A stretch of DNA of 64,000 nucleotides from Eledone cirrhosa. Taxonomy: Eukaryota. Below are positions 49,101 to 63,433 of this stretch, one piece after another. Each line of letters begins with the position of its first letter. Positions within the stretch are counted from its first letter, which is position 1. Made by a program: the position numbers and the translations under genes. The notes under the pieces were generated by a model. That model ran no database searches. It saw only the letters and a list, made by a program, of their open reading frames with translations, and was not told the origin of the DNA. The stretch is from positions 6,882,001 to 6,946,000 of the forward strand of contig OZ024741.1 of the NCBI GenBank assembly GCA_964016885.1, written 5' to 3'.

Positions 49101-52100
49101 TAGCTATATAACATAACTTCTGGTTATATAACATACCTCCTGGCTATATAACATACCTACTGGCTATATAACATACCTACTGGTTATATAAGATACCTAC
49201 TGGCTATATAACATACCACCTGGCTATATAACATACCTCCTGGCTATATAACATACCTCCTCGCTATATAACATACCTATCGGCTATATAACATACCTTA
49301 TGGCTATATAACTTACCTCCTGGCTATATAACATACCTACTGGTTATATAACATACCTACTGGCTATATAACATACCTTCTGGCTATATAACTTACCTCC
49401 TGGCTATATAACCTACCTACTGGTTATATAACATATATACTGGTTATATAACTTACCTGCTGGTTAAATAACATACCTACTGGCTATATAACATACCTAC
49501 TGGTTATATAACATACCTACTGGCTATATAACATACCTACTGGTTATATAACATACCTACTACCTATATAACATACCTACTGGCTATATAACATACCTAC
49601 TGGCTATATAACATACCTACTGGTTATGTAACATACCTTCTGGCTATATAAATTACCTCTTGGCTATATAACATACCTACTGGTTATATAACATACCTAC
49701 TGGCTGTATAACATACCTACTGGCTATATAAAATACCTCCTGGCTATATAACATACCTTCTGGCTATATAACATAACTCCTAGCTATATAACATACCTCC
49801 TGGCTATATAACATACCTACTGGTTATATAACATACCTCCTAGCTATATAACATACTTTCTGGTTATATAACATAACTACTGGTTATATAACATACCTCC
49901 TTGCTATATAACATACCTTCTGGTTATATAACATACCTTCTCGTTATATAACATACCTCCTGGCTATATAACATACCTACTGGCTATATAAATTACCCCC
50001 TGGTTATATAACACACTTCCTCGCTATATCACATACCTCCTAGCTATATAACATTCCTCCTGGCTATATAACATACCTACTGGTTATATAACATACCTAC
50101 TGGCTATATAATTTACCTACTGTCTATATAACATACCTACTGGCTATATAACATACCTCCTGGCTATATAACATACCTTCTGGCTATATAACTTACCTCC
50201 TGGCTATATAACATACCTTCTGGCTATATAACTTACCTCCTAGCTATATAACATACATACCTTCTGGCTATATAACATACCTACTGGTTATATAAGATAC
50301 CTACTGGCTATATAACATACCACCTGGCTATATAACATACCTCCTGGCTATATAACATAGCTCCTCGCTATATAACATACCTACCGGCTATATAACATAC
50401 CTTCTGGCTATATAACTTACCTCCTGGCTATATAACATACCTACTGGTTACATAACATACCTACTGGCTATATAACATACCTTCTGGCTATATAACATAC
50501 CTCCTGGCTATATAACATACTTCCTGGCTATATAACATACTTCCTGGCTATATCACATACCTCCTAGCTATATAACATTCCTCCTGGCTATATAACATAC
50601 CTACTGGTTATATAACATACCTACTGGCTATATAACATTCCTCCTGGCTATATAACATACCTACTGGTTATATAACATACCTACTGGCTATATAACATAC
50701 CTACTGGTTTTATAACATACCTACTGGGTATATAACATACCACCTAGCTATATAACATACCTCCTACCTATATAACATACCTTCTGGTTATATAACATGC
50801 CTCCTGGTTATATAACATACCTACTGGCTATATAACATACCTCCTGGCTATATAACATACCTACTGGCTATATAACATACCTCCTGGCTATATAACATAC
50901 CTACCGGCTATATAACATACCTTCTGGCTATATAACTTACCTCCTAGCTATATAACATACATACCTTCTGGTTATATAACATACCTGCTGGCTATATAAG
51001 ATACTTACTGGCTATATAACATACCTACTGGCTATATAACATACCTCCTGGCTATATAACATACTTACTGGCTATATAACATACCTGCTGGCTATATAAC
51101 ATACCTTCTGGCTATATAACATAACTACTGGTTATGTAAGATACCTACTGGCTATATAACATACCACCTCGCTATATAACATACCTCCTTTTTATATAAC
51201 ATACCTCCTCGCTATATAACATACCTACCGGCTATATAACATACCTTCTGGCTATATAACTTACCTCCTGGCTATATAACATACCTACTGGTTATATAAC
51301 ATAACTACTGGCTATATAACATACCTTCTGGCTATATAACTTACCTCCTGGCTATATAACATACCTACTGGTTATATAACATATATACTGGCTATATAAC
51401 TTACCTACTGGTTATATAACATACCTACTGGCTATATAACATACCTACTGGTTATATAACATACCTACTGGCTATATAACGTACCTACTGGTTATATAAC
51501 ATACCTACTACCTATATAACATACCTACTGGCTATATAACATACCTACTGGCTATATAACATACCTACTGGTTATATAACATACCTTCTGCCTATATAAA
51601 TTAACTCTTGGCTATATAACATACCTACTGGTTATATAACATATATAGTGGCTATATACCTTACCTACTGGTTATATAACATACCTCCTAGCTATATAAC
51701 ATACCATCTGGTTATATAACATAACTACTGGTTATATAACATACCTACTGGCTATATAACATACCTCCTGGCTATATAACATACCTTCTGGCTATATAAC
51801 ATACCTCCTATCTATATAACATACCTCCTGGCTATATAACATACCTACTGGTTATATAACATACCTCCTAGCTATATAACATACCTTCTGGTTATATAAC
51901 ATAACTACTGGTTATATAACATACCTCCTAGCTATATAACATACCTTCTGGTTATATAACATACCTTCTGGTTTTATAACATACCTCCTGGCTATATAAC
52001 ATACCTACTGGCTATATAAATTACCTCCTGGCTATATAACATACTTCCTGGCTATATCACATACCTCCTAGCTGTATAACATTCCTCCTGGCTATATAAC

Positions 52101-55100
52101 ATACCTACTGGTTATATAACATACCTACTGGCTATATAACATTCCTACTATCTATATAACATACCTACTGGCTATATAACATACCTCCTGGCTCTATAAC
52201 ATACTTCCTGGCTATATCACATACCTCCTAGCTATATAACATTCCTCCTGGCTATATAACATACCTACTGGTTATATAACATACCTACTGTCTATATAAC
52301 ATACCTACTGGCTATATAACATACCTCCTGGCTATATAACATACTTCATGGCTATATCACATACCTCCTAGCTATATAACATTCCTCCTGGCTATATAAC
52401 ATACCTACTGGTTATATAACATACCTACTGGCTATATAACATACCTACTGGCTATATAAATTACCTCCTGCCTATATAACATACCTACTGGTTATATAAC
52501 ATACCTACTGGTTATATAACATACCACCTACCTATATAACATACCTTCTGGTTACATAACATACCTCCTGGCTATATAACATACCTACTGGTTATATAAC
52601 ATACCTCCTGGTTATATAACATACTTCCTAGCTATATAACATACCTTCTGGTTATATAACATGCCTCCTGGTTATATAACATACCTACTGGCTATATAAC
52701 ATACCTCCTGGCTATATAACATACCTACTGGCTATATAACATACCTCCTGGCTATATAACATACCTACTGGCTATATAACATAACTTCTGGCTATATAAC
52801 TTACCTCCTAGCTATATAACATACCTTCTGGTTATATAATATACCTCCTGGCTACATAAGATACCTACTGGCTATATAACATACCTACTGGCTATATAAC
52901 ATACCTCCTGGCTATATAACATACTTACTGGCTATATAACATACCTCCTGGCTATATAACATACCTTCTGGCTATATAACATACCTACTGGTTACATAAC
53001 ATATCTACTGGCTATATAACATACCTTCTGGCTATATAACTTACCTCCTGGCTATATAACATACCTCCTGGTTATATAACATATATACTGGCTATATAAC
53101 TTACCTACTGGTTATATAACATACCTACTGGCTATATAACATACCTACTGGTTATATAACATACCTACTGGCTATATAACATACCTACTGGTTATATAAC
53201 ATACCTACTACCTATATAACATACCTCCTGGCTATATAACATAACTACTGGCTATAGAAATTACCTCCTGGCTATATAACATACTTCCTGGCTATATCAC
53301 ATACCTCCTAGCTATATAACATTCCTCCTGGCTATATAACATACCTACTGGTTATATAACATACCTACCGGCTATATAACATACCTACTGTCTATATAAC
53401 ATACCTACTGGCTATATAACATACCTCCTGGCTATATAACATACTTCCTGGCTATATCACATACCACCTAGATATATAACATTCCTCCTGGCTATATAAC
53501 ATACCTACTGGTTATATAACATACCTACTGTCTATATAACATACCTACTGGCTATATAACATACCTCCTGGCTATATAACATACTTCCTGGCTATATCAC
53601 ATACCTCCTAGCTATATAACATTCCTCCTGGCTATATAACATACCTACTGGTTATATAACATACCTCCTGGCTATATAACATACCTACTGGCTACATAAA
53701 TTATCTCCTGCCTATATAACATACCTACTGGTTATATAACATACCTACTGGCTATATAACATACCTACTGGTTAAATAAGATACCTACTGGCTATATAAC
53801 GTACCACCTGGCTATATAACATACCTCCTTTTTATATAACATACCTCCTCGCTATATAACATACCTACCGGCTATATAACATACCTTCTGGCTATATAAC
53901 TTACCTCCTGGCTATATAACATACCTACTGGTTATATAACATACCTACTGGCTATATAACATACCTTCTGGCTATATAACTTACCTCCTGGCTATATAAC
54001 ATACCTACTGGTTATATAACATATATACTGGCTATATAACTTACCTACTGGTTATATAACATACCTACTGGCTATATAACATACCTACTGGTTATATAAC
54101 ATACCTACTGGCTATATAACATACCTACTGGTTATATAACATACCTACTGGTTATATAACATACCTACTGGCTATATAACATACCTCCTGGCTATATAAC
54201 ATACCTTCTGGCTATATAACATACCTCCTATCTATATAACATACCTCCTGGCTATATAACATACCTACTGGTTATATAACATACCTCCTAGCTATATAAC
54301 ATACCTTCTGGTTATATAACATAACTACTGGTTATATAACATACCTCCTAGCTATATAACATACCTTCTGGTGATATAACATACCTTCTGGTTTTATAAC
54401 ATACCTCCTGGCTATATAACATACCTACTGGCTATATAAATTACCTCCTGGCTATATAACATACTTCCTGGCTATATCACATACCTCCTAGCTATATAAC
54501 ATTCCTCCTGGCTATATAACATACCTACTGGTTATATAACATACCTACTGGCTATATAACATTCCTACTCTCTATATAACATACCTACTGGCTATATAAC
54601 ATACCTTCTGGCTATATAACATACTTCCTGTCTATATCACATACCTCCTAGCTATATAACATTCCTCCTGGCTATATAACATACCTACTGGTTATATAAC
54701 ATACCTACTGTCTATATAACATACCTACTGGCTATATAACATACCTCCTGGCTATATAACATACTTCCTAGCTATATAACATACCTTCTGGTTATATAAC
54801 ATGCCTCCTGGTTATATAACATACCTACTGGCTATATAACATACCTCCTGGCTATATAACATACCTACTGGCTATATAACATACCTCCTGTCTATATAAC
54901 ATACCTACTGGCTATATAACATACCTTCTGGCTATATAACTTACCTCCTAGCTATATAACATACCTTCTGGTTATATAACATACCTCCTGGCTATATAAG
55001 ATACCTACTGGCTATATAACATACCTACTGGCTATATAACATACCTCCTGGCTATATAACATACTTACTGGCTATATAACATACCTCCTGGCTATATAAC

Positions 55101-58100
55101 ATACCTTCTGGCTATATAACATACCTACTGGTTATATAACATACCTACTGGCTATATAACATAACTTCTGGCTATATAACTTACCTCCTGGCTATATAAC
55201 ATACCTACTGGTTATATAACATATATACTGGCTATATAACTTACCTACTGGTTATATAACATACCTACTGGCTATATAACATACCTACTGGTTATATAAC
55301 ATACCTACTGACTATATAACATACCTACTGGTTATATAACATACCTACTACCTATATCACATACCTACTGGCTATATAACATACCTACTGGCTATATAAC
55401 ATACCTACTGGTTATATAACATACCTTCTGCCTATATAAATTACCTCTTGGCTATATAACATACCTACTCGTTATATAACATATATACTGGTTATATAAC
55501 ATACCTCCTAGCTATATAACATACATTTCTGGTTATATAACATAACTACTGGTTATATAACATACCTACTGGCTATATAACATACCTCCTGGCTATATAA
55601 CATACCTTCTGGCTATATAACATACCTCCTAGCTATATAACATACCTCCTGGCTATATAACATACCTACTGGTTATATAACATACCTCCTAGCTATATAA
55701 CATACCTTCTGGTTATATAACATAACTACTGGTTATATAACATACCTCCTAGCTATATAACATAACTTCTGGTTATATAACATACCTTCTGGTTTTATAA
55801 CATACCTCCTGGCTATATAACATAACTACTGGCTATAGAAATTACCTCCTGGCTATATAACATACTTCCTGGCTATATCACATACCTCCTAGCTATATAA
55901 CATTCCTCCTGGCTATATAACATACCTACTGGTTATATAACATACCTACAGGCTATATAACATACCTACTGTCTATATAACATACCTACTGGCTATATAA
56001 CATACCTCCTGGCTATATAACATACTTCCTGGCTATATCACATAGCTCCTAGCTATATAACATTCCTCCTTGCTATATAATATACCTACTGGTTATATAA
56101 ATACCTACTGTCTATATAACATACCTACTGGCTATATAACATACCTCCTGGCTATATAACATACTTCCTGGCTATATCACATACCTCCTAGCTATATAAC
56201 ATTCCTCCTGGCTATATAACATACCTACTGGTTATATAACATACCTACTGGCTATATAACATACCTACTGGCTATATAAATTACCTCCTGTCTATATAAC
56301 ATACCTACTGGTTATATAACATACCTACTGGTTATATAACATACCACCTAGCTATATAACATACCTCCTACCTATATAACATACCTTCTGGTTATATAAC
56401 ATACCTTCTGGCCATATATAATACCTACTGGTTATATAAGATACCTACTGGCTATATAACATACCACCTGGCTATATAACATACCTCCTTTTTATATAAC
56501 ATACCTCCTCGCTATATAACATACCTACCGGCTATATAACATACCTTCTGGCTATATAACTTACCTCCTGGCTATATAACATACATACTGGTTATATAAC
56601 ATACCTACTGGCTATATAACATACCTTCTGGCTATATAACGTACCTCCTGGCTATATAACATACCTACTGATTATATAACATATATACTGGCTATATAAC
56701 TTACCTACTGGTTATATAACATACCTACTGGCTATATAACATACCTACTGGTTATATAACATACCTACTGGCTATATAACATACCTACTGGTTATATAAC
56801 ATACCTACTGGTTATATAACATACCTACTGGCTATATAACATACCTCCTGGCTATATAACATACCTCCTGCCTATATAACATACCTACTGGTTATATAAC
56901 ATACCTCCTGGCTATATAACATACCTTCTGGTTATATAACATAACTACTGGTTATATAACATACCTCCTAGCTATATAACATACCTACTGGCTATATAAA
57001 TTACCTCCTGGCTATATAACATACTTCCTGGCTATATCACATACCTCTTAGCTATATAACATTCCTCCTGGCTATATAACATACCTACTGGTTATATAAC
57101 ATACCTACTGGCTATATAACATTCCTACTGTCTATATAACATACCTACTGGATATATAACATACCTCCTGGCTATATAACATACTTCCTGGCTATATCAC
57201 ATACCTCCTAGCTATATAACATTCCTCCTGGCTATATAACATACCTACTGGTTATATAACATACCTACTGTCTATATAACATACCTACTGGCTATATAAC
57301 ATATCTCCTGGCTATATAACATACTTCCTGGCTATATCACATACCTCCTAGCTATATATCATTCCTCCTGGCTATATAACATACCTACTGGTTATATAAC
57401 ATACCTACTGGCTATATAACATACCTACTGGCTATATAAATTACCTCCTGCCTATATAACATACCTCCTGGCTATATAACATACCTACTGGCTATATAAC
57501 ATACCTACTGGCTATATAACATACCTACTGGCTATATAACATACCTTCTGGTTATATAACATAACTACTGGTTATATAACATACCTCCTAGCTATATAAC
57601 ATACCTTCTGGTTATATAACATACCTTCTGGTTTTATAACATACCTCCTGGCTATATAACATACCTACTGGCTATATAAATTACCTCCTGGCTATATAAC
57701 ATACTTCCTGGCTATATCACATACCTCCTAGCTGTATAACATTCCTCCTGGCTATATAACATACCTACTGGTTATATAACATACCTACTGGCTATATAAC
57801 ATTCCTACTATCTATATAACATACCTACTGGCTATATAACATACCTCCTGGCTCTATAACATACTTCCTGGCTATATCACATACCTCCTAGCTATATAAC
57901 ATTCCTCCTGGCTATATAACATACCTACTGGTTATATAACATACCTACTGTCTATATAACATACCTACTGGCTATATAACATACCTCCTGGCTATATAAC
58001 ATACTTCATGGCTATATCACATACCTCCTAGCTATATAACATTCCTCCTGGCTATATAACATACCTACTGGTTATATAACATACCTACTGGCTATATAAC

Positions 58101-59260
58101 ATACCTACTGGCTATATAAATTACCTCCTGCCTATATAACATACCTACTGGTTATATAACATACCTACTGGTTATATAACATACCACCTACCTATATAAC
58201 ATACCTTCTGGTTACATAACATACCTCCTGGCTATATAACATACCTACTGGTTATATAACATACCTCCTGGTTATATAACATACTTCCTAGCTATATAAC
58301 ATACCTTCTGGTTATATAACATGCCTCCTGGTTATATAACATACCTACTGGCTATATAACATACCTCCTGGCTATATAACATACCTACTGGCTATATAAC
58401 ATACCTCCTGGCTATATAACATACCTACTGGCTATATAACATAACTTCTGGCTATATAACTTACCTCCTAGCTATATAACATACCTTCTGGTTATATAAT
58501 ATACCTCCTGGCTACATAAGATACCTACTGGCTATATAACATACCTACTGGCTATATAACATACCTCCTGGCTATATAACATACTTACTGGCTATATAAC
58601 ATACCTCCTGGCTATATAACATACCTTCTGGCTATATAACATACCTACTGGTTACATAACATACCTACTGGCTATATAACATACCTTCTGGCTATATAAA
58701 TTACCTCCTGCCTATATAACATACCTCCTGGCTATATAACATACCTACTGGCTATATAACATACCTACTGGCTATATAACATACCTACTGGCTATATAAC
58801 ATACCTTCTGGCTATATAACTTACCTCCTAGCTATATAACATACCTTCTGGTTATATAACATACCTCCTGGCTATATAAGATACCTACTGGCTATATAAC
58901 ATACCTACTGGCTATATAACATACCTTCTGGCTATATAACATACCTACTGGTTATATAACATACCTACTGGCTATATAACATACCTTCTGGCTATATAAC
59001 TTACCTCCTGGCTATATAACATACCTACTGGTTATATAACATATATACTGGCTATATAACTTACCTACTGGTTATATAACATACCTACTGGCTATATAAC
59101 ATACCTACTGGTTATATAACATACCTACTGGCTATATAACATACCTACTGGTTATATAACATACTTTCTGGCTATATAACTTACCTCTTGGCTATATAAC
59201 ATACCTACTGGTTATATAACATATATACTGGCTATATAACTTACATACTGGTTATATAAC

Positions 59261-59880
59261 ATACCTACTGGCTATAAAACATACATACTGGCTATATAAC
59301 ATCATTCCTACCGGCTATTATACATACCTACTGGCTATATAACAACAAACCTCCTGGCTATATAACAACAAACCTCTTGGCTATATAACTTACCTACTGG
59401 CTACATAATATACCTTCTGGCTATATAACATATCTGTTGGCTCCATAACTTAACTAGTGGCTATATAATATACTTAGTGGCTATATAACCTACCTACTGA
59501 CTATATAACATACCTCCTGGCTATAAAATATTCCTCCTGGCTATATAACGTACCTGCTCGCTATATATACATAACTACTGACTATATAACATACCTATTT
59601 GCTATTTAACATCATACCTACTGGCATTATAACATACCTCCTGATTGTATAACATATCTACAGGCTATATAACGTACCTCCTGGCTATATAACATACCTA
59701 CTGGCTCTATAACATACTTAGTTGCTATATAACATATCTCGGGGCTATATAACATAACTACTGGTTATATAACATACATACTGACTATATAACATACCGC
59801 CTGGCTATATAACATACGTACTGGCTATAAAACATACCTCCTGGTTATATAACATACCTCCTGGTTATATAATCTACCTA
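59261..59880. repeat. Degenerate satellite island, copy 1
   Basis: Most monomers carry unusual substitutions or indels (ATCATTCCTACCGG, AACAACAAACC twice, TATCTGTTGG, TAACTAGTGG, CTCGGGG), but the 20-bp frame is still recognisable. Confidence 0.9.
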
Positions 59881-62813
59881 CTGGCTATATAACATACCTA
59901 CTGGCTATATAACATACCTACTGGCTATATAACATACCTACAGGCTATATAACATACCTACTGGTAATATAACATATCTACTGGCTATATAACATACCTC
60001 CTGGTTATATAACATACCTCCTGGTTATATAACATACCTACTGGCTATATAACATACCTACTGGCTATATAACATACCTACTGGCTATATAACATACCTA
60101 CAGGCTATATAACATACCTACTGGTAATATAACATACCTACTGGCTATATAACTTACCTATTGGCTATATAACATAACTACTGGTAATATAACATACCTA
60201 CTGGTTATATAACATACCTACTGCCTATATAACTTACCTATTGGCTATATAACATACCTACTGGTAATATAACATACCTACTGGTTATATAACATACCTA
60301 CTGGCTATATAACTTACCTATTGGCTATATAACATACCTACTGGTTATATAACATACCTACTGGTTATATAACATACCTACTGGCTATATAACTTACCTA
60401 TTGGCTATATAGCATACCTACTGGTTATATAACTTACCTATTGGCTATATAGCATACCTACTGGTTATATAACATACCTAGTGGCTATATAACATACCTA
60501 CTGGCTATAAAACATACCTACTGTCTATATAACATACCTACTGGTTATATAACATACCTACTGGCTATATAACATACTTACTGGTTATATAACATACCTA
60601 CTGGCTATATAACATACCTACTGGCTATATAACATACCTACTGGTTATATAACATACCTTCTGCCTATATAAATTACCGCTTGGCTATATAACATACCTA
60701 CTGGTTATATAACATATATACTGGCTATATACCTTACCTACTGGTTATATAACATCCCTCCTAGCTATATAACATACCATCTGGTTATATAACATACCTA
60801 CTGGTTATATAACATACCTCCTAGCTATATAACATACCTCCTGGCTATATAACATACCTTCTGGCTATATAACATACCTCCTAGCTATATAACATACCTC
60901 CTGGCTATATAACATACCTACTGGTTATATAACATACCTCCAGGCTATATAATATAGCTTATTGTTATATAACATAACTACTGGTTATATAACATACCTC
61001 CTAGCTATATAACATACCTCCTGGCTATATAACATACCTCCTGGCTATATAACATAACTACTGGTTATATAACATACCTACTGGCTATATAACATACCTC
61101 CTGGCTATATAACATACCTTCTGGCTATATAACATACCTCCTAGCTATATAACATACCTCCTGGCTATATAACATACCTACTGGTTATATAACATACCTC
61201 CTAGCTATATAACATACCTTCTGGTTATATAACATAACTACTGGTTATATAACATACATCCTAGCTATATACCATAACTTCTGGTTATATAACATACCTT
61301 CTGGTTTTATAACATACCTCCTGGCTATATAACATAACTACTGGCTATAGAAATTACCTCCTGGCTATATAACATACTTCCTGGCTATATCACATACCTC
61401 CTAGCTATATAACATTCCTCCTGGCTATATAACTTACCTACTGGTTATATAACATACCTACTGTCTATATAACATACCTACTGGCTATATAACATACCTC
61501 CTGGCTATATAGCATACTTCCTGGCTATATCACATACCTCCTAGCTATATAACATTCCTCCTGGCTATATAACATACCTCCTGGTTATATAACATACCTA
61601 CTGGCTATATAACATACCTACTGGCTATATAAATTACCTCCTGCCTATAAAACATACCTACTGGTTATATAACATACCTACTGGTTATATAACATACCAC
61701 CTAGCTATATAACATACCTCCTACCTATATAACATACCTTCTGGTTATATAACATACCTTCTGGCTATATAACATACCTACTGGTTATATAAGATAGCTA
61801 CTGGCTATATAACATACCACCTGGCTATATAACATACCTCCTTTTTATATAACATAACTCCTCGCTATATAACATAACTACCGGCTATATAACATACCTT
61901 CTGGCTATATAACTTACCTCCTGGCTATATAACATACCTACTTGTTATATAACATACCTACTGGCTATATAACATACCTTCTGGCTATATAACTTACCTC
62001 CTGGCTATATAACATACCTACTGGTTATATAACTTATATACTGGCTATATAACTTACCTACTGGGTATATAACATACCTACTGGCTATATAACATACCTA
62101 CTGGTTATATAACATACCTACTGGCTATATAACATACCTACTGGTTATATAACATACCTACTGGTTATATAACATACCTACTGGCTATATAACATACCTC
62201 CTAGCTATATAACATACCTCCTGCCTATATAACATACCTACTGGTTATATAACATACCTCCTAGCTATATAACATACCTTCTGGTTATATAACATAACTA
62301 CTGGTTATATAACATACCTCCTAGCTATATAACATACCTTCTGGTTATACAACATACCTTCTGGTTTTATAACATACCTCCTGGCTATATAACATACCTA
62401 CTGGCTATATAAATTACCTTCTGGCTATATAACATACTTCCTGGCTATATCACATACCTCCTAGCTATATAACATTCCTCCTGGCTATATAACATACCTA
62501 CTGGTTATATAACATACTTACTGGCTATATAACATACCTTCTGGCTATATAACTTACCTCCTGGCTATATAACATACCTACTGGTTATATAACATATATA
62601 CTGGCTATATAACTTACCTACTGGTTATATAACATACCTACTGGCTATATAACATACCTACTGGTTATATAACATACCTACTGGCTATATAACATACCTA
62701 CTGGTTATATAACATACTTTCTGGCTATATAACTTACCTCTTCGCTATATAACATACCTACTGGTTATATAACATATATACTGGCTATATAACTTACATA
62801 CTGGTTATATAAC

Positions 62814-63433
62814 ATACCTACTGGCTATAAAACATACATACTGGCTATATAACATCATTCCTACCGGCTATTATACATACCTACTGGCTATATAACAACA
62901 AACCTCCTGGCTATATAACAACAAACCTCTTGGCTATATAACTTACCTACTGGCTACATAATATACCTTCTGGCTATATAACATATCTGTTGGCTCCATA
63001 ACTTAACTAGTGGCTATATAATATACTTAGTGGCTATATAACCTACCTACTGACTATATAACATACCTCCTGGCTATAAAATATTCCTCCTGGCTATATA
63101 ACGTACCTGCTCGCTATATATACATAACTACTGACTATATAACATACCTATTTGCTATTTAACATCATACCTACTGGCATTATAACATACCTCCTGATTG
63201 TATAACATATCTACAGGCTATATAACGTTCCTCCTGGCTATATAACATACCTACTGGCTCTATAACATACTTAGTTGCTATATAACATATCTCGGGGCTA
63301 TATAACATAACTACTGGTTATATAACATACCTACTGACTATATAACATACCGCCTGGCTATATAACATACGTACTGGCTATAAAACATACCTCCTGGTTA
63401 TATAACATACCTCCTGGTTATATAATCTACCTA
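62814..63433. repeat. Degenerate satellite island, copy 2
   Basis: Same unusual monomers as copy 1 at +3553 (ATCATTCC 59301/62854; GGGG 59741/63294). Confidence 0.9.

Noticed and set aside
59261-59880. Foreign insertion or mobile element in the irregular region
   Set aside because: All of it still aligns to the 20-bp monomer, with no terminal repeats, target-site duplication or unique sequence.
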